A stretch of DNA of 63,119 nucleotides, filler included, from Reclinomonas americana ATCC 50394 (Eukaryota): the NCBI GenBank assembly GCA_048213135.1. It is 13 parts of 13 records of this genome, joined end to end, with 100 filler letters (N's around TTAATTAATTAA, not from the genome) between each part and the next. Parts side by side here need not be neighbours in the genome. Positions count along the whole stretch, not along the records: positions 1 to 3,479 come from AFZH01019025.1; positions 3,580 to 8,589 come from AFZH01019026.1; positions 8,690 to 18,998 come from AFZH01019027.1; 10 more parts are not named here. One strand, written 5' to 3'. Made by a program: the position numbers and the translations under genes. This document shows, piece after piece, positions 1 to 11,548 of this stretch. How positions within the stretch are numbered: position 1 is the first letter of the stretch; the number at the start of each line of letters is the position of its first letter. The notes beneath the pieces are model-generated. The model saw only the letters and a program-made list of their open reading frames with translations. It ran no database searches and was not told where the DNA came from.

Positions 1-14
1 GAAGAAGAAGAAGA

Positions 15-53
<39 letters not shown>

Positions 54-281
54 AGGAGAAGGAGGAAAAGAGAGAGACAGGAATGCAAGTGTCTTGTAAA
101 GCAGTGCAGCACACTGCGGATAAGTCGTGTTGAAGTTTGGACCACACAATCACTCAAAAAGAGACAAGAACAAATGCAGCTACTTGTCTCTCTCACCCCC
201 GTGTACCCGATATACAACAGGAGAGAGAGATAGATCAAAGACAGCAGGCAACAGTCGAGATATCCCGAGGAAAAGAACTCA

Positions 282-2968
282 CCGGCAAACGAATCACCCA
301 GTGCCGCAATGCACAAGTGCTCGTCCTTGCCAGTGCCCGACCACTTGGCCGTCACATTCAGCTGCGGCATGTCCAGCCATGAGTGGCGGAAGTCCACGCC
401 ATCGGACGCTGCGAGCAAAATAGAGTGAGCAACATTGCCCAGCGCCGCCGCGGCCGCCGCCGCCAAGCACACGTTTGACATACCCAGGAGCTCTTCAGTG
501 GCCGAGGCGTACAACTGCAACGCCATCTCGGCCTGATTGCGGCCAATGATCTCGGCGCTCTTGTACCTGCAGTGCAAGCACGTGAGCACGAGTACAATCG
601 ACTCCCGAACCAACCAATCAACCACCGGCACGCAACTGATCAGGGTATCCCGGTCCGCGAGCCACACACAACTCCGTCTTGCCGCCGCACGTGGACGTGA
701 TGCGGTCGCACGGCGTGTTGTCGGGGCAGAACGCGCCTATTTCTCACACATGTCAGTCACTGGCGCGCGGCACGAGCAAGGGCGCACGACGCACGCACCC
801 AGCGTGTTTGGCGTCACATCGCCGGCATTGGCTTGCACAAAGGCGGCGACGAACGCGCCAGTGCCAGGGAGTGAACCGGGGTTCTTGATCTCTTCCACGA
901 TTTGCGACGCGATGCCCTTGTTGTCGCCCGAGACGTACTGCGCGAGAGAAATCGGAAGAGTTGGAGAAATCGAAGTGTGAGGAAACGAGGTGCAGTGAAA
1001 GATGATGAGGCAAGGACAAGCACGGAAGCGGGGGTGACATCCAACCAAACGAACCCTATTCTTGTTGCCAATGGCCGTTCCGTGCTGCGCGAACAAACAC
1101 AGTTGCTCGTCAGGCACACAAAGCAGAGAGAGACAGCCGAGCCGCAGACACCACTGATGCTCACCACTGCAAACCACGTAATCATGCCGCGGTCGCTGCC
1201 GTCCATACCGACAATCTTGATCACGGTAATGTCCTTGTCCGTGTCGCCGTCGGGGTACTGAGCGCGCTCCGACTCCGGGTTGAGCAAGTACGACGTGGCT
1301 GAACGGCTGCGGCGAATCGATCAGGAACTCAGCAAATAAACAGACAACAATGTCGGCAGGCGCCGCAACTTGGCGTTCGAGTTGTACAGCTTGCCCTGGT
1401 TGACGTAGACGCGCGACGGCTGCATGCTGTTGTGTGCAGCGTCGATACTGTGGCGTGGAGAGGTTAGGAGAGTGGAGTGAACACGTGCACAGACGTAAAC
1501 AGAGTCACACACGAGAGATGATAGTGTAGCGAGAGAGAAAGAGAAAGACAGAACATCGCAAGACTGCACAAACGAGACAAGAGAGACAGCGCAGGAACAG
1601 ATGAATCCAAAAAATGAGCGAGTGAGATCGAGTCTTGCAGCAGAGAGAGCAATCATGCACACATACGAGTCTCGCACAGCGTGAACGGAGCACAATGTCA
1701 CAATCATCTCCTTCCCAAATCAAACCTGGCAAGAATACCGCCGACCACCGCCTCAAAGTTCTCCTTCGAGAAGCCAAGCGACGAAATCTGTTCACAGCAT
1801 TAGACACCACGCCCTCACTTTCTCTACACGCTCACGAAAAATAAACAGCCGCCGTCTCACGAAACGTCATACAAGGCGTAGTAGCTGTAGGCGCCTGGTC
1901 CGCTGTGGGTGTGCGTGCCCGTAATCATCACTGCGCGTGCAACGATGCACAGTGAGCACAACGGTTCACATGCGCCATGTCGTCACGCCGCACCATTGTC
2001 GTGCTTGTAGAGCGAGCCGTACTTGGCTCGCAGCCTCTCAATGACCATGAGCTTCACCGATTGCATGGTCATGCAAGAATCTGCACGTCAGACAGCGTGA
2101 CACAGCAGTGAGCACGTGAGAAGCAACAAGCAGCACCACACTCGCACGTCGCACGACGTACCGAGATTCACCACGACCACGCGTTGGCCATTGGCCTCGA
2201 AAATGTACGCGCGCGCGCGCTGAGCGGAGAATCTTTAGTCTCTCGGATCATGGTCGCCCGAAACACGTGTGACGGGGAGAAGGAGAGGAAGAAGGGAACG
2301 GGGTGAATGAACGCACGCACCAGACGCAGGTTCAAACCCTCGGCAATCTGCTCCAGCATGGCGTCTGCGCCACAGCAAATACACTTGTGAGTGACTGGGA
2401 TTTCCCGCCACTCGTCATTCAGTAAACGACGCAACATCCCATCATCTCGACGCCTTGCACGGGGCCTGTGCATGCAGCAGAACAAGGCGTGTGAGAGAGG
2501 GAGAGGGAGAGAGGGAAAGGCGGAGAATAATTGCTCGAATCGCGCGGGGGAATTCACACTCTCACTCACTCGCTCTCTCTCGCACAAACACACATTTGTG
2601 CGTGCGTAGTGTGTGGGGCACTCACCGGTGATGTCATAGGTGCCAATCTACGCACGACGACACGAAGAAAAAAAAGAAAGTGAGCGGGGGTCAGCGCACA
2701 TCGACATGAACAACACTCTTTCCGCACAACACCACACCACGAATCATCTCTTCGCACATAACTCGCGCGCATTCGCGGGCACTCTGACACACTCGACACA
2801 CACACACGCACACACGAGTACGAGAGGAGCGTGAAACGCAACTCCGACATTAAAGTTGGACGACTGCTCAGTGTGGAAGTGCTGCTCCTCGTTCGCCGAG
2901 ACCAGCAGCGCGGTGGCGACAACAGTGCACACCAGTACGCACAAAAGTGCACTGAGAGAGCCTCGCAT
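282..2968 (-). CDS. Neutral/alkaline non-lysosomal ceramidase (multi-exon; 3' end runs off the left edge of the window)
   Basis: Spliced translation gives a signal peptide MRGSLSALLCVLVCTVVATALL, then FNVGIGTYDITGPVQGVEMMGYA, RLRARAYIF, ITGTHTHSGPGAYSYYALYD, NRSATSYLLNPESERAQY, WFAVHGT, SGDNKGIAS, FVAAFVQANAGDVTPN and CIAALGDSFAG. These match the ASAH2-type neutral ceramidase motifs in order. Confidence 0.93.
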
Positions 2969-3479
2969 GGCGTGCCACGCAAAACAAACTTGATTTCCGT
3001 CCATCCGTCTGTCTGTGGACTGACCGCCGGATGAACTCTTGGGCTGCTGAAGCGAGAACCAGCAGGAACCGGAACAAACAGCTGTCTCAATGATCAAGCC
3101 CGCCCATGTTCAAACACCGTTCTTGAATGCAGCAGCCGTGCTTTTTCTCTGCTTGTGTTCGAATTCACGATCGACGCAGTCGGGAACTGCGACTTGCAGC
3201 GAAGCACGGAAGTGAGCAACTGTATAGTACGCAGAGTTGCGGAGATGCCCACTCCTTTATGCGGTCGTTTGTGCCTCGTCCAGTAAATTGCTTACAATGA
3301 AGTGCGAAAACTGGGACCGCTGGTTCGTTTGCGAACTCACTTTGCAGCAAGATGCTTTTCCCAATGTCGATTTCTCCTCCCAGCGCCTCCTGCAATGTTT
3401 ATGCATCCCTGGCGGAAACTCGATGCCAAAAGCCATGCTTGTCATGTTGTTGACGAGCCGTGGCTTCATTTGCCAATTC

Positions 3480-3579
3480 NNNNNNNNNNNNNNNNNNNNN
3501 NNNNNNNNNNNNNNNNNNNNNNNTTAATTAATTAANNNNNNNNNNNNNNNNNNNNNNNNNNNNNNNNNNNNNNNNNNNN
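3480..3579. other. Artificial scaffold linker (N44-TTAATTAATTAA-N44, stops in all six frames); first of 12
   Basis: The identical 100-bp pattern starts at 3480, 8590, 18999, 24195, 26684, 29239, 36614, 38817, 42959, 49908, 55043 and 57518. Confidence 0.98.
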
Positions 3580-3712
3580 CTTCCCCTCCCCCCTTCCCAC
3601 CTTTCCCTTCCCTCCCCCCTCCCCCCCTTCCCCTCCCCCCTTCCCCTTCCCTCCCCCCTCCTCCCAAAAACACCATACTTACAATACTACCCCCTTTCCA
3701 TCCACCGCCTCT

Positions 3713-6700
3713 CACCGCAACGACAAGCTCTGCCTCAATCGCGCCTTCTCCTCCTGCGTCGAGCGAACTCGGGTGGCCAGATCGTCGCGTCGGTTCGACA
3801 AGCGGCGCAATGCTGCACGCTGACTGTCCGTTTCGCGACTGGCCGCCGTGGTGGGTCGCCGCGACGCGGCCGACGACGCCTCAAGGTGCACAGGACTGCC
3901 CGACAGCTCCAGTGACTCTCGCGCTGCATCTCCACTGCATGAGCTCTACGTTTTCTACTCGCTTTAGCACGGAGACAGAGACGCACCTGCTTCCAACCTC
4001 TCGCGTCCGGATAGCACGACTGGCGGCTCCGGCTCAGGATCCAACATGCCCGTTCCCGTCAGCAACAACTCGCGACGCAGGCGCTGCTTGGTGCGACTGA
4101 CGCCGGAGCTGTGGGCGGCCGCTGTGGAGGAGGAGGAGGAACTGGCCGTGCGCGCTGCGGCTGTCGTCATGGTGGTGGTGGTCGTGGTGGTGGAGCCGTT
4201 GCCGTGACCCGGCGAACGGCTGCGGCGACGAGACGAACCGTCGCCATGCGCAATGTCGTCGAGTGCGAGCGACTGCATCTCCTGCCGGAGAACGCGGTTC
4301 TGCGCCTCCAGATCTCGCATCGCCGACTCGACGTTGCGGATCTTGGACTCGTACTCGTGACTCATGCGGGAGCGCGCGTCGAGAGCCGACGACGCTGCTG
4401 CTGCTGTTGTCGCAAAGGCCACATCCGACGACCGCACACCCGACGCTCCCACGCCCGACTGATGTGAGGCGCGCGCGTCCATCATCAGCGAGTTGAGATC
4501 GGCCTTGAGTTGACTGCTAATGTCTAGCAGCTTCTCCCGCTCCGACATGAGTCGCTTCAGGTCGCCCGCCGCCTCGCGAAGCTACACAGAGGTGACCAGA
4601 AGTTACCTACCAAGCACGCACCGCCGTCGACAAGAGGAAAGATGGTGCAAGTACCTTGGCGCGCAACAGCTTGTTCTCCTTCTTGTGGGCCGACGCGTCG
4701 GCCAGCACTTTCTGGTACGCAGATTGTCGCTGCGCCAACTCGGTGCGCAGATCCGACACCTCGTTGTCCACGCGCTCCAGCAGCGGAGCCGATGCTGCGA
4801 CATGCAACAAGAGCAAGGACGCTCAATGAACCTAGTGTAGACGCAAACGGCAAGCAAGGGGATGTCAACCAACCTAGCACCACCGTGCTCTCCGGCAGTG
4901 GCGACGGGCGATCCAGGCGCGGTTGCAGCGGATCATCGGCCAGCGATGTCATGCTGTTCAACTCCTGTCGCAGCATTCGCACCTGCTGCTCCAGGTGCCG
5001 CAAGACACCCAGGTCCACGTTGCTGGATGCACATCAGTGAGAAACAAACTGCAATCACCCTTCCCCTTATCTTAGGCACACCTGCCGGATGTCGCGCCTG
5101 TTGATCGCCCACCAGCTGTCTCCGCTTCCAGCTCGTGTAGCCGTCGCTGCCGCTCCACGAATCGCATCTCCAGCGTGTCGTAGTTGTTGCGTGCCATCAG
5201 CAAGTCGTTTCGCAGTCGCTCGTTCTGATCGCCATCCACGTGCGGTGAGCGCGGGCGGTTCAAGAGCAAGCGCCAAAACAAATTGCTTACCTCCTTTCTT
5301 GTCTGCGCCAACTCGTCGTTCACTCGTCGCAGAGACTCATTGAGGTCGGCCACAGTCGACCGCAACCGCGTCAACTCGGCATGGTCTGCCTCAAACCCGA
5401 CGCTGGCCATGGCGTCGCCGCGCCGCCGCAGCGTCTCGTTCTGAGTGCGCAGCACGCGGATTTCCTCTTGCAGTACGCGCTGTGGCACGCGAGTCAACAT
5501 CAGCTCTCCAGTACTCATTCTCACTCATTCTCAGATTCTCTGAAGTAAATACAATCGTTCTCGCTTCGTAGCACTTCAGACCCCTGGTCCACACTCCCTC
5601 CGCTGAACTCCATTACTTGACTCTCTCTCTTTCCTTTATTCCCTCTTTCCTTCCCCCGTACTTTGACTCTCTCCCCTTCATGCCGTCTTCCCGTTCACTT
5701 CATACGCTCTCCTCCACTCCTTTATTCCTGCCCTCCCCCTCTCCTTCACTTCTCGCTCCCCCACTTTTCCTCCCCTGCACTTGCTCTCTCTCTCTCATGC
5801 CGTCTTCCCCTTCCCTTCATACGCTCTCCCCTCTCTCCTGCACTCTTTTATTCCTGCCCTCCCCCTCTCCTTCACATTCTCACTCCCCCACTTTTCCTCC
5901 CCCGCACTTTGACTCTCTCGTTCATGTCGTCTTCCCCCTCTCCTTCACTCCTTTCTCCCCTCTCATCTTTCATTCCTCTCCTTCTCTCCTTCATTCCTTC
6001 TCCCCCTCCTTCATTCCCTCTTTCCCTCCTCTGCACTTGCTCTCTCCCCTTCACGCCCTCCCTCTTATTTTTCATTCCTCTCCTTTGCTCCTTCATTCCT
6101 TCTCCCCCTCCTTCACAATCTCTCTCCTCCTCTCCTTCATTCCCTCTTCTCCTTCTCTTCAATCCCTCTCCCTTTCTCTCCTTCATTCCTTCCCCCTCTC
6201 TTCACTCTCTCTCCTCCTCCTTCATTCCCTTTTCTCCCTCTGCTTCATTCCCTCTTACCTTCCCCTTTACTCCCTCTCCCCCTCCCCTTCTCTCCTTCTC
6301 CACCCTACCCCTTCCCTTCTCTCCCTCCCTTCCCTTCGGCTCACCTTCTCTTGCTCGGCGCTCGGTGACATCCCATCACTCGCCAACGCCTGCTGCTGCA
6401 GCGACTCCATCTCCATCCGCATCTGGCGAATCACGTCGCGAATGCGGGCATTCTGCGACTCCAGCTCCTTGATGCGGCTCTCGTAGCGCTCACGTTCCGC
6501 CGCGTCCATTCCCATGGCGGCGACGCCAGGGAAGCTGCCGACCGAGGACCGCAGTCCACCAGAGGCGCGCAGTGCGTCCGTCTGTGCGCGAGGCAACACA
6601 ATGAGCCTGAGTATATTTTGGCACACTTGCCAACAAAAAGCTCACCGGCGCCAGATGCTGACGAGTGCCAAATGCCGGACTGGCCGGCCACGGTGGCAGT

Positions 6701-9700
6701 GGCGAAGGTGGTGGCATGGAGTCTGTGTTAGATTGACAAAAAGTGAGCACCATTGGAGACCTCCCTGCGACACCCACAGATGCTCACCAGAGTACTGCGA
6801 CCGCGCAGTTACGAGCACTGAGGGCTGGCCGGGTGCGGCTGACGGTGGTCTGCGACTCAAGTCGTCCACCAGTCGTCGCTCCACTTGCTGCTGCTCCAAC
6901 AGCTCCATCTCCAATCGCTCGGCGCGCTTGCGTTGCGCGTCGGCCTGCCGCCGCAGCTCCAGCAACTCACGCTGCATGTCAAGCATGCGCTCACTGGCCG
7001 CAAAGTCGCGATCACGCACATCGGTGGTCTCACGATGCTGTCGCTCCGTCAGGCGACGCTCCGCATGCACAGCACGCAGCTCAGCCTCGTCCATCCGCGC
7101 TTGCAAGTGGACTCGCTCCTTGTCCCATCGGTCGACCTGAAGCACGCAAGAGTGGAAACATATTCAGTAAAAGATGCAAGAAGACACCGCCCTCCTCTCC
7201 TCTCCTCTCCTCTCCTCTCACACTCTCTCGTATACAAATACACACATGTATACAAGCATGTACTCATCTATTTTGCAAACAACACATACAAAACCAACAA
7301 CAAACATACACACTCCCCCCTCTCGCTCTACTCCCCTCCCCTTCCCCGCACCTGATCCTTCACCCGCAGCAACTCCTCATTCCGCCGATGCACCTCGGCC
7401 TCTGCCTTGTACAACAGCTCGGACAGTCCACGTGACCTCTCGCGCTCAGCAACCAGCTCGTCGGTGAGGGCCTGCTCACGACCATCCCGATTGGCCGATT
7501 GCAGGCGCGTGGCCAGGCGTACTTCGCTCTCCAGCCGCGAGATTTCCATCTCGCGCTTTCGCGCTTGCGATTCCCACTGTCGTGCAGACTCCACAGTCTC
7601 CTCCAGTTGTCGTCGCAAGTCGTCCTTCTCCAGCTGCCAGTTGCGAATCCATGCCTCGTGCCGGTCCTTGACGTCGCGCACACTCTCCGTCGTGCGCATC
7701 TGTTCCCGCTGCATCTCTGCCAGCAGATCGTCATAACGCTTGCGCGCGGCAGTGAGCTCCTGTCGCAGCTGATCCTCGCGGTGCTTGTAGTCATTAATAA
7801 TCGCCTCCCACTCGTCGGCGTCGCTGGCACGTCCGTCGCGCCGCGCACTGCTCGGAGCCGAACTACCGCCACCACCATCGTCGCCGCCGCCATCCACTCG
7901 TGGTGTGAGCAGCGACGTCAGCGGATCGCTCGGGGCACGTGAGGGTGGACGGGAGGCTGACGACGAGGAGCGCGAGGCTTCAGCTTGCGCCAGCTGGCGA
8001 GACACTTCGCTGAGCCGCGTAGTCACTCGATCGAGTTCGCGTTGCAACGACTCGGCGCGAGCACGGTGCGTCGACACGGCTTCCTCCACCAGCCGCCGCA
8101 GTTCCTCTGTGGCGATTTATAAAGGGTGAGTGCCTCGAGTGTTCCCTCGTCACCGTTTTCTGTCATTTGTCTTCTTGCAGTCCCTCCTCCCATAGGAAAT
8201 GGAGAGTGGAGAGAGAGAGGAGGGGAACGCTAAAGAACGAGCCTGAAGAGCTGACAAGTACGTGTGGGAATATGGGGATCACAAACGCCGAAGAGGCAAG
8301 ACACTCGCAACAAGCGACAAAGATCGCTACGAGAGGGGACAAGTTCTTTCCACTCACTATTCCCTACCTACATCCTCTCTCCCCCCTCTCGCCCGCCCGG
8401 TATTCTGCTCGTTCCCTATTTCTCGCCCTTTTCTTGCTGCTCTCTTACCCCTCTGTGCATCTCTCTCTCTTTTTCTCTCTCCCTCTCTCCCCCCTCTCTC
8501 TCTCTTTCCTATCACCGCCCGCCTTCCCCATTTCTCGCCTTTTCCCCTTCAGCTCTCTCCCTCCACTCCGCCTTCTACTACCCTTCCCCNNNNNNNNNNN
8601 NNNNNNNNNNNNNNNNNNNNNNNNNNNNNNNNNTTAATTAATTAANNNNNNNNNNNNNNNNNNNNNNNNNNNNNNNNNNNNNNNNNNNNTGACCGCACCC
8701 TGCAGTATTTCGCGCTTCAGCTCCGACTCGTGCTCCGTGAGTCGCGTGACGTCCTCCCGCAGTCGTTCGACCTCACGCCGCCGCTCCTCGAGACTCTTGC
8801 GGTACGTCTCGATCTTGGTGCGCGCCTCGGCGAGCTCCGACTGCACACCCCACGTCTGCAACAGGGAGAGGTGAGACAAAATATGGCTTGTTGGCACGGT
8901 GCGCCTCCACGCAACGTCGTCTGTCGCCTTTTTGGCCTCGCGCTCCAAGTTGCGCAATTGCTCGCCATGCAACCGCTCCATGCGCTCCAGGTCGTTTTCG
9001 TGTCGCTGTTGCGCGTCCTCCAACTGCTTCTCCACCAGGCGGCATTGATTGCGTTGCGATTCCAGCTGGCCGCGCAACTCGATCATCTGCGTCTCCATGG
9101 ACTGCAGCTCGGCGCGGTGCTGGTTACGAATCTCGCGAATCTCATTGTCCTTGGCCTGCACGGCCGCACGGTGCCGGTCGCGGTCGTCCATCACCACCTT
9201 TTCCAGACGCAACACCTCTTGCTCGGCCTTGCCCAGCTTTTGTTCGTAGCGCCGTGAGACCGTATCGCGTTCCTCCGTGTTCTGCACCGAGTCAATGGTT
9301 GGCACTGGTTCTCCCCCCGCCTTTGTCTTTCTTGCACAGTGCATCACTCACCTTGTCCACGGTCATTCGCAGCTCCGCCAGCTGATCCTCCTTCAGCGCG
9401 ACCGTATCGCTGAGCTCCAAGCGCACGGCGCGCAGCTCTTCCTCCGCCGCTCGCAGACGATCTCGCACGTCGGCCAGCTGCAACTCGGCCTGCTTGCGCT
9501 CCCGCTGCGCATCAAAGGCCGCCGAGTCGGCCTCGGAGACCTTGCGCCGCCACTCGTCCTCTCGCTGCAGCATCTCCTCACGCCCCGCCCGCATGGCGCG
9601 ATCACGCTGGTCGACGACATCCTCCCACTTGAGGGTGATTTCTCGACGCGCCACATCAATCGCCTCCCGACTCTCACGCTCCATGCGCTTGGCGTCGGCT

Positions 9701-10667
9701 CGCATGCGCTCAATCTCGCCCATCAAGCGGCGCAACTCGGCGTCCTTGCGCGTACGCACCTCCTCCAGTTGATCCTGCACGGTGGCCACGCGCTCCTGGT
9801 ACTCGGTCTCGATCATGCCCATGCGGCCGCGTTCCTTGTTGGTGGCGTCGCCAGCGTCGCTCAGCTGAATGCGCAGCTCCGAGATCTCCTTGTCGCTGCG
9901 GTGCGCGGTGAGGAAGAGAGGGACGAGAGAAGGGGATGATGGAGAGAGCATGGGAGGGAGAGAGACAGTGCCGAGACGACTTCTTCTCTCGCGAGGCAGG
10001 CATCGGGTTTCGGAAACCACAGGGAACAAGTTTTGCGGGAGGGGTGCAAGAGGGAGAGCGCCGAGTAGAGTGCAGGTGTGGTGCTCTTTCTCTTCTCTAC
10101 AAATGCGAGCACGAGAAGACAGAAGGAGCGCCAATGCCGAGTAGCGTGCGGATGCTGTACTCTGCATTTTCTCGCAATCGGAAGAGCACAAGGACAATAG
10201 CCACCAGCGTTCACATGAACAGCAAGCAGGTGGAGACAGAAGGTGTGCCACCGATGCGAATGCTGTACTCTGCATTCTCGCGCAATCGGGAGAGCACAAG
10301 GACAATAAACACTAGCGTTCACATGAACAGCGAGCAGGTGAAGAAAGAAGGAGTGCAAGAGAGGGAGCACCAAGAGAGCACGAGAATGGGAGTGAAAACA
10401 AGCTGCTCCATCCCTCTGCCTCTCATGTTCTCGCACTCACCGATCAACAATGACCGCCTGCAGCTGCTGCACAGTGACATCCATTTGCGCAAGGTCCTCA
10501 TCGCGCTGCTTGATGAGCGTGAGGTTGTAAAAGAAGTCCTCCTTCACCTCGGCGTACAGCTGTTGCAAGGAGGCAATCTGCGAGGGGGGTGGGAGGGAGG
10601 GAGGGAGGACGAGGGTGTGAATGAGAGAGAGAGAGAGGAAGAAGGCAAGAGTGAGAGTGGGAGAGCA

Positions 10668-10698
<31 letters not shown>

Positions 10699-11444
10699 CA
10701 GAGATAGCGAGAGAGACTGAGAGAGACTGAGAGAGACTGAGAGAGACTGAGAGAGACTGAGAGAGACTGAGAGAGAATGAGAGAACCTGAGACAGACTGA
10801 GAGGGAGAGCGAGTGTGTGAGTGTGCGTGCGCGATCGTGTGCATGAGTGCAGGGTGGGAGAGAGTGAATGAACGAACAAGTACAAAGGATGCACATGCGT
10901 GTGCACGGAGTGTGTGTGTGAGAGAGACGAGACCTTTGAGGTTCACAACAGCATTCCTCACGCTCTCTCTCTCTCTCTCACACGCACGCAGACACATACA
11001 CACGCATTCGCTCCACAATCACTAATTCTCTCGCCCTCTCTCTCTCACACACACCCTCGCTCTCTCCACTCAGACTCCCACAATCACTCATTCTCTCTCT
11101 CGTCCTCTTTCTCTCTCTCTCCCTCCTTTCTCTCCCACTCATTCTATCTCGCCTCCCTCTCTCGCACAATCACTCGTTCTCTCTGTCGCCCTCTTTCTCG
11201 CATTCTATCTCACCCTCCCTCTCTTTCCCACACTCTCTCACCCTCCCTCCCTCTCCCTCCCCCCTCCCTCTCGCCCTTCTCTTCACCTTCTCCCTCCCCT
11301 CCCTTCCCTCACACCCACCTGCTCATCCCTTGAGGCAATCTCATTGCCGCGCATCTGCAACTCACTGCGCAGCGAGTCAATGATGTTGCCCAGCTGCGAG
11401 TCCACCACATCGCCCTCGCCGCTGTCATTCACCCCCGGCTCCAT
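3713..11444 (-). CDS. Long coiled-coil protein, CCDC57-like (centriolar); multi-exon, spans the gap at 8590; 3' end uncertain
   Basis: Starts MEPGVNDSGEGDVVDSQL at 11444. The segment KEDFFYNLTLIKQRDEDLAQMD...DKEISELRIQL resembles the conserved CCDC57 N-terminal motif. E/R/Q-rich heptad exons (ORFs 9292-, 8634-, 7328-, 6642-, 5072-, 3964-) follow in series. Confidence 0.65.
5600..6340. repeat. Intronic polypyrimidine/polypurine low-complexity tract with degenerate internal repeats
   Basis: Almost entirely C/T on the + strand, with recurring ttcattccctct and cacttttcctcccc motifs; lies between coiled-coil exons. Confidence 0.85.
10148..10355. repeat. Intronic tandem duplication, ~108-bp unit x2
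   Basis: atgctgtactctgcatt...gagcacaaggacaata...agcgttcacatgaacagc starts at ~10152 and again at ~10260. Confidence 0.85.
10711..10775. repeat. Decamer minisatellite (GAGAGACTGA)n
   Basis: About six tandem copies of gagagactga inside a GA-rich intron. Confidence 0.9.
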
Positions 11445-11548
11445 CCCAAAACCAGAGAAACGTGAAGAATGAAAAAATCGTAACGACTAGCGCGAGCGAC
11501 ATTGTCACGCCACGCACATCTGTCCTTCTCAACACCGACTTTCGTTTG
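11445..11548. promoter_or_regulatory. Putative compact bidirectional promoter between the CCDC57-like and Twinkle genes
   Basis: Divergent start codons at 11444 (-) and 11549 (+) are separated by only 104 bp. Confidence 0.5.

Noticed and set aside
3165..3479. Short ORFs between the ceramidase and the first gap
   Set aside because: No recognisable motif or clear splice context; probably intergenic or UTR.
5617..6486. Long Ser/Pro/Leu-rich ORFs (also near 8167, 11000, 21000 and 55166)
   Set aside because: Stop-poor CT-rich intronic low-complexity DNA; not protein-like.
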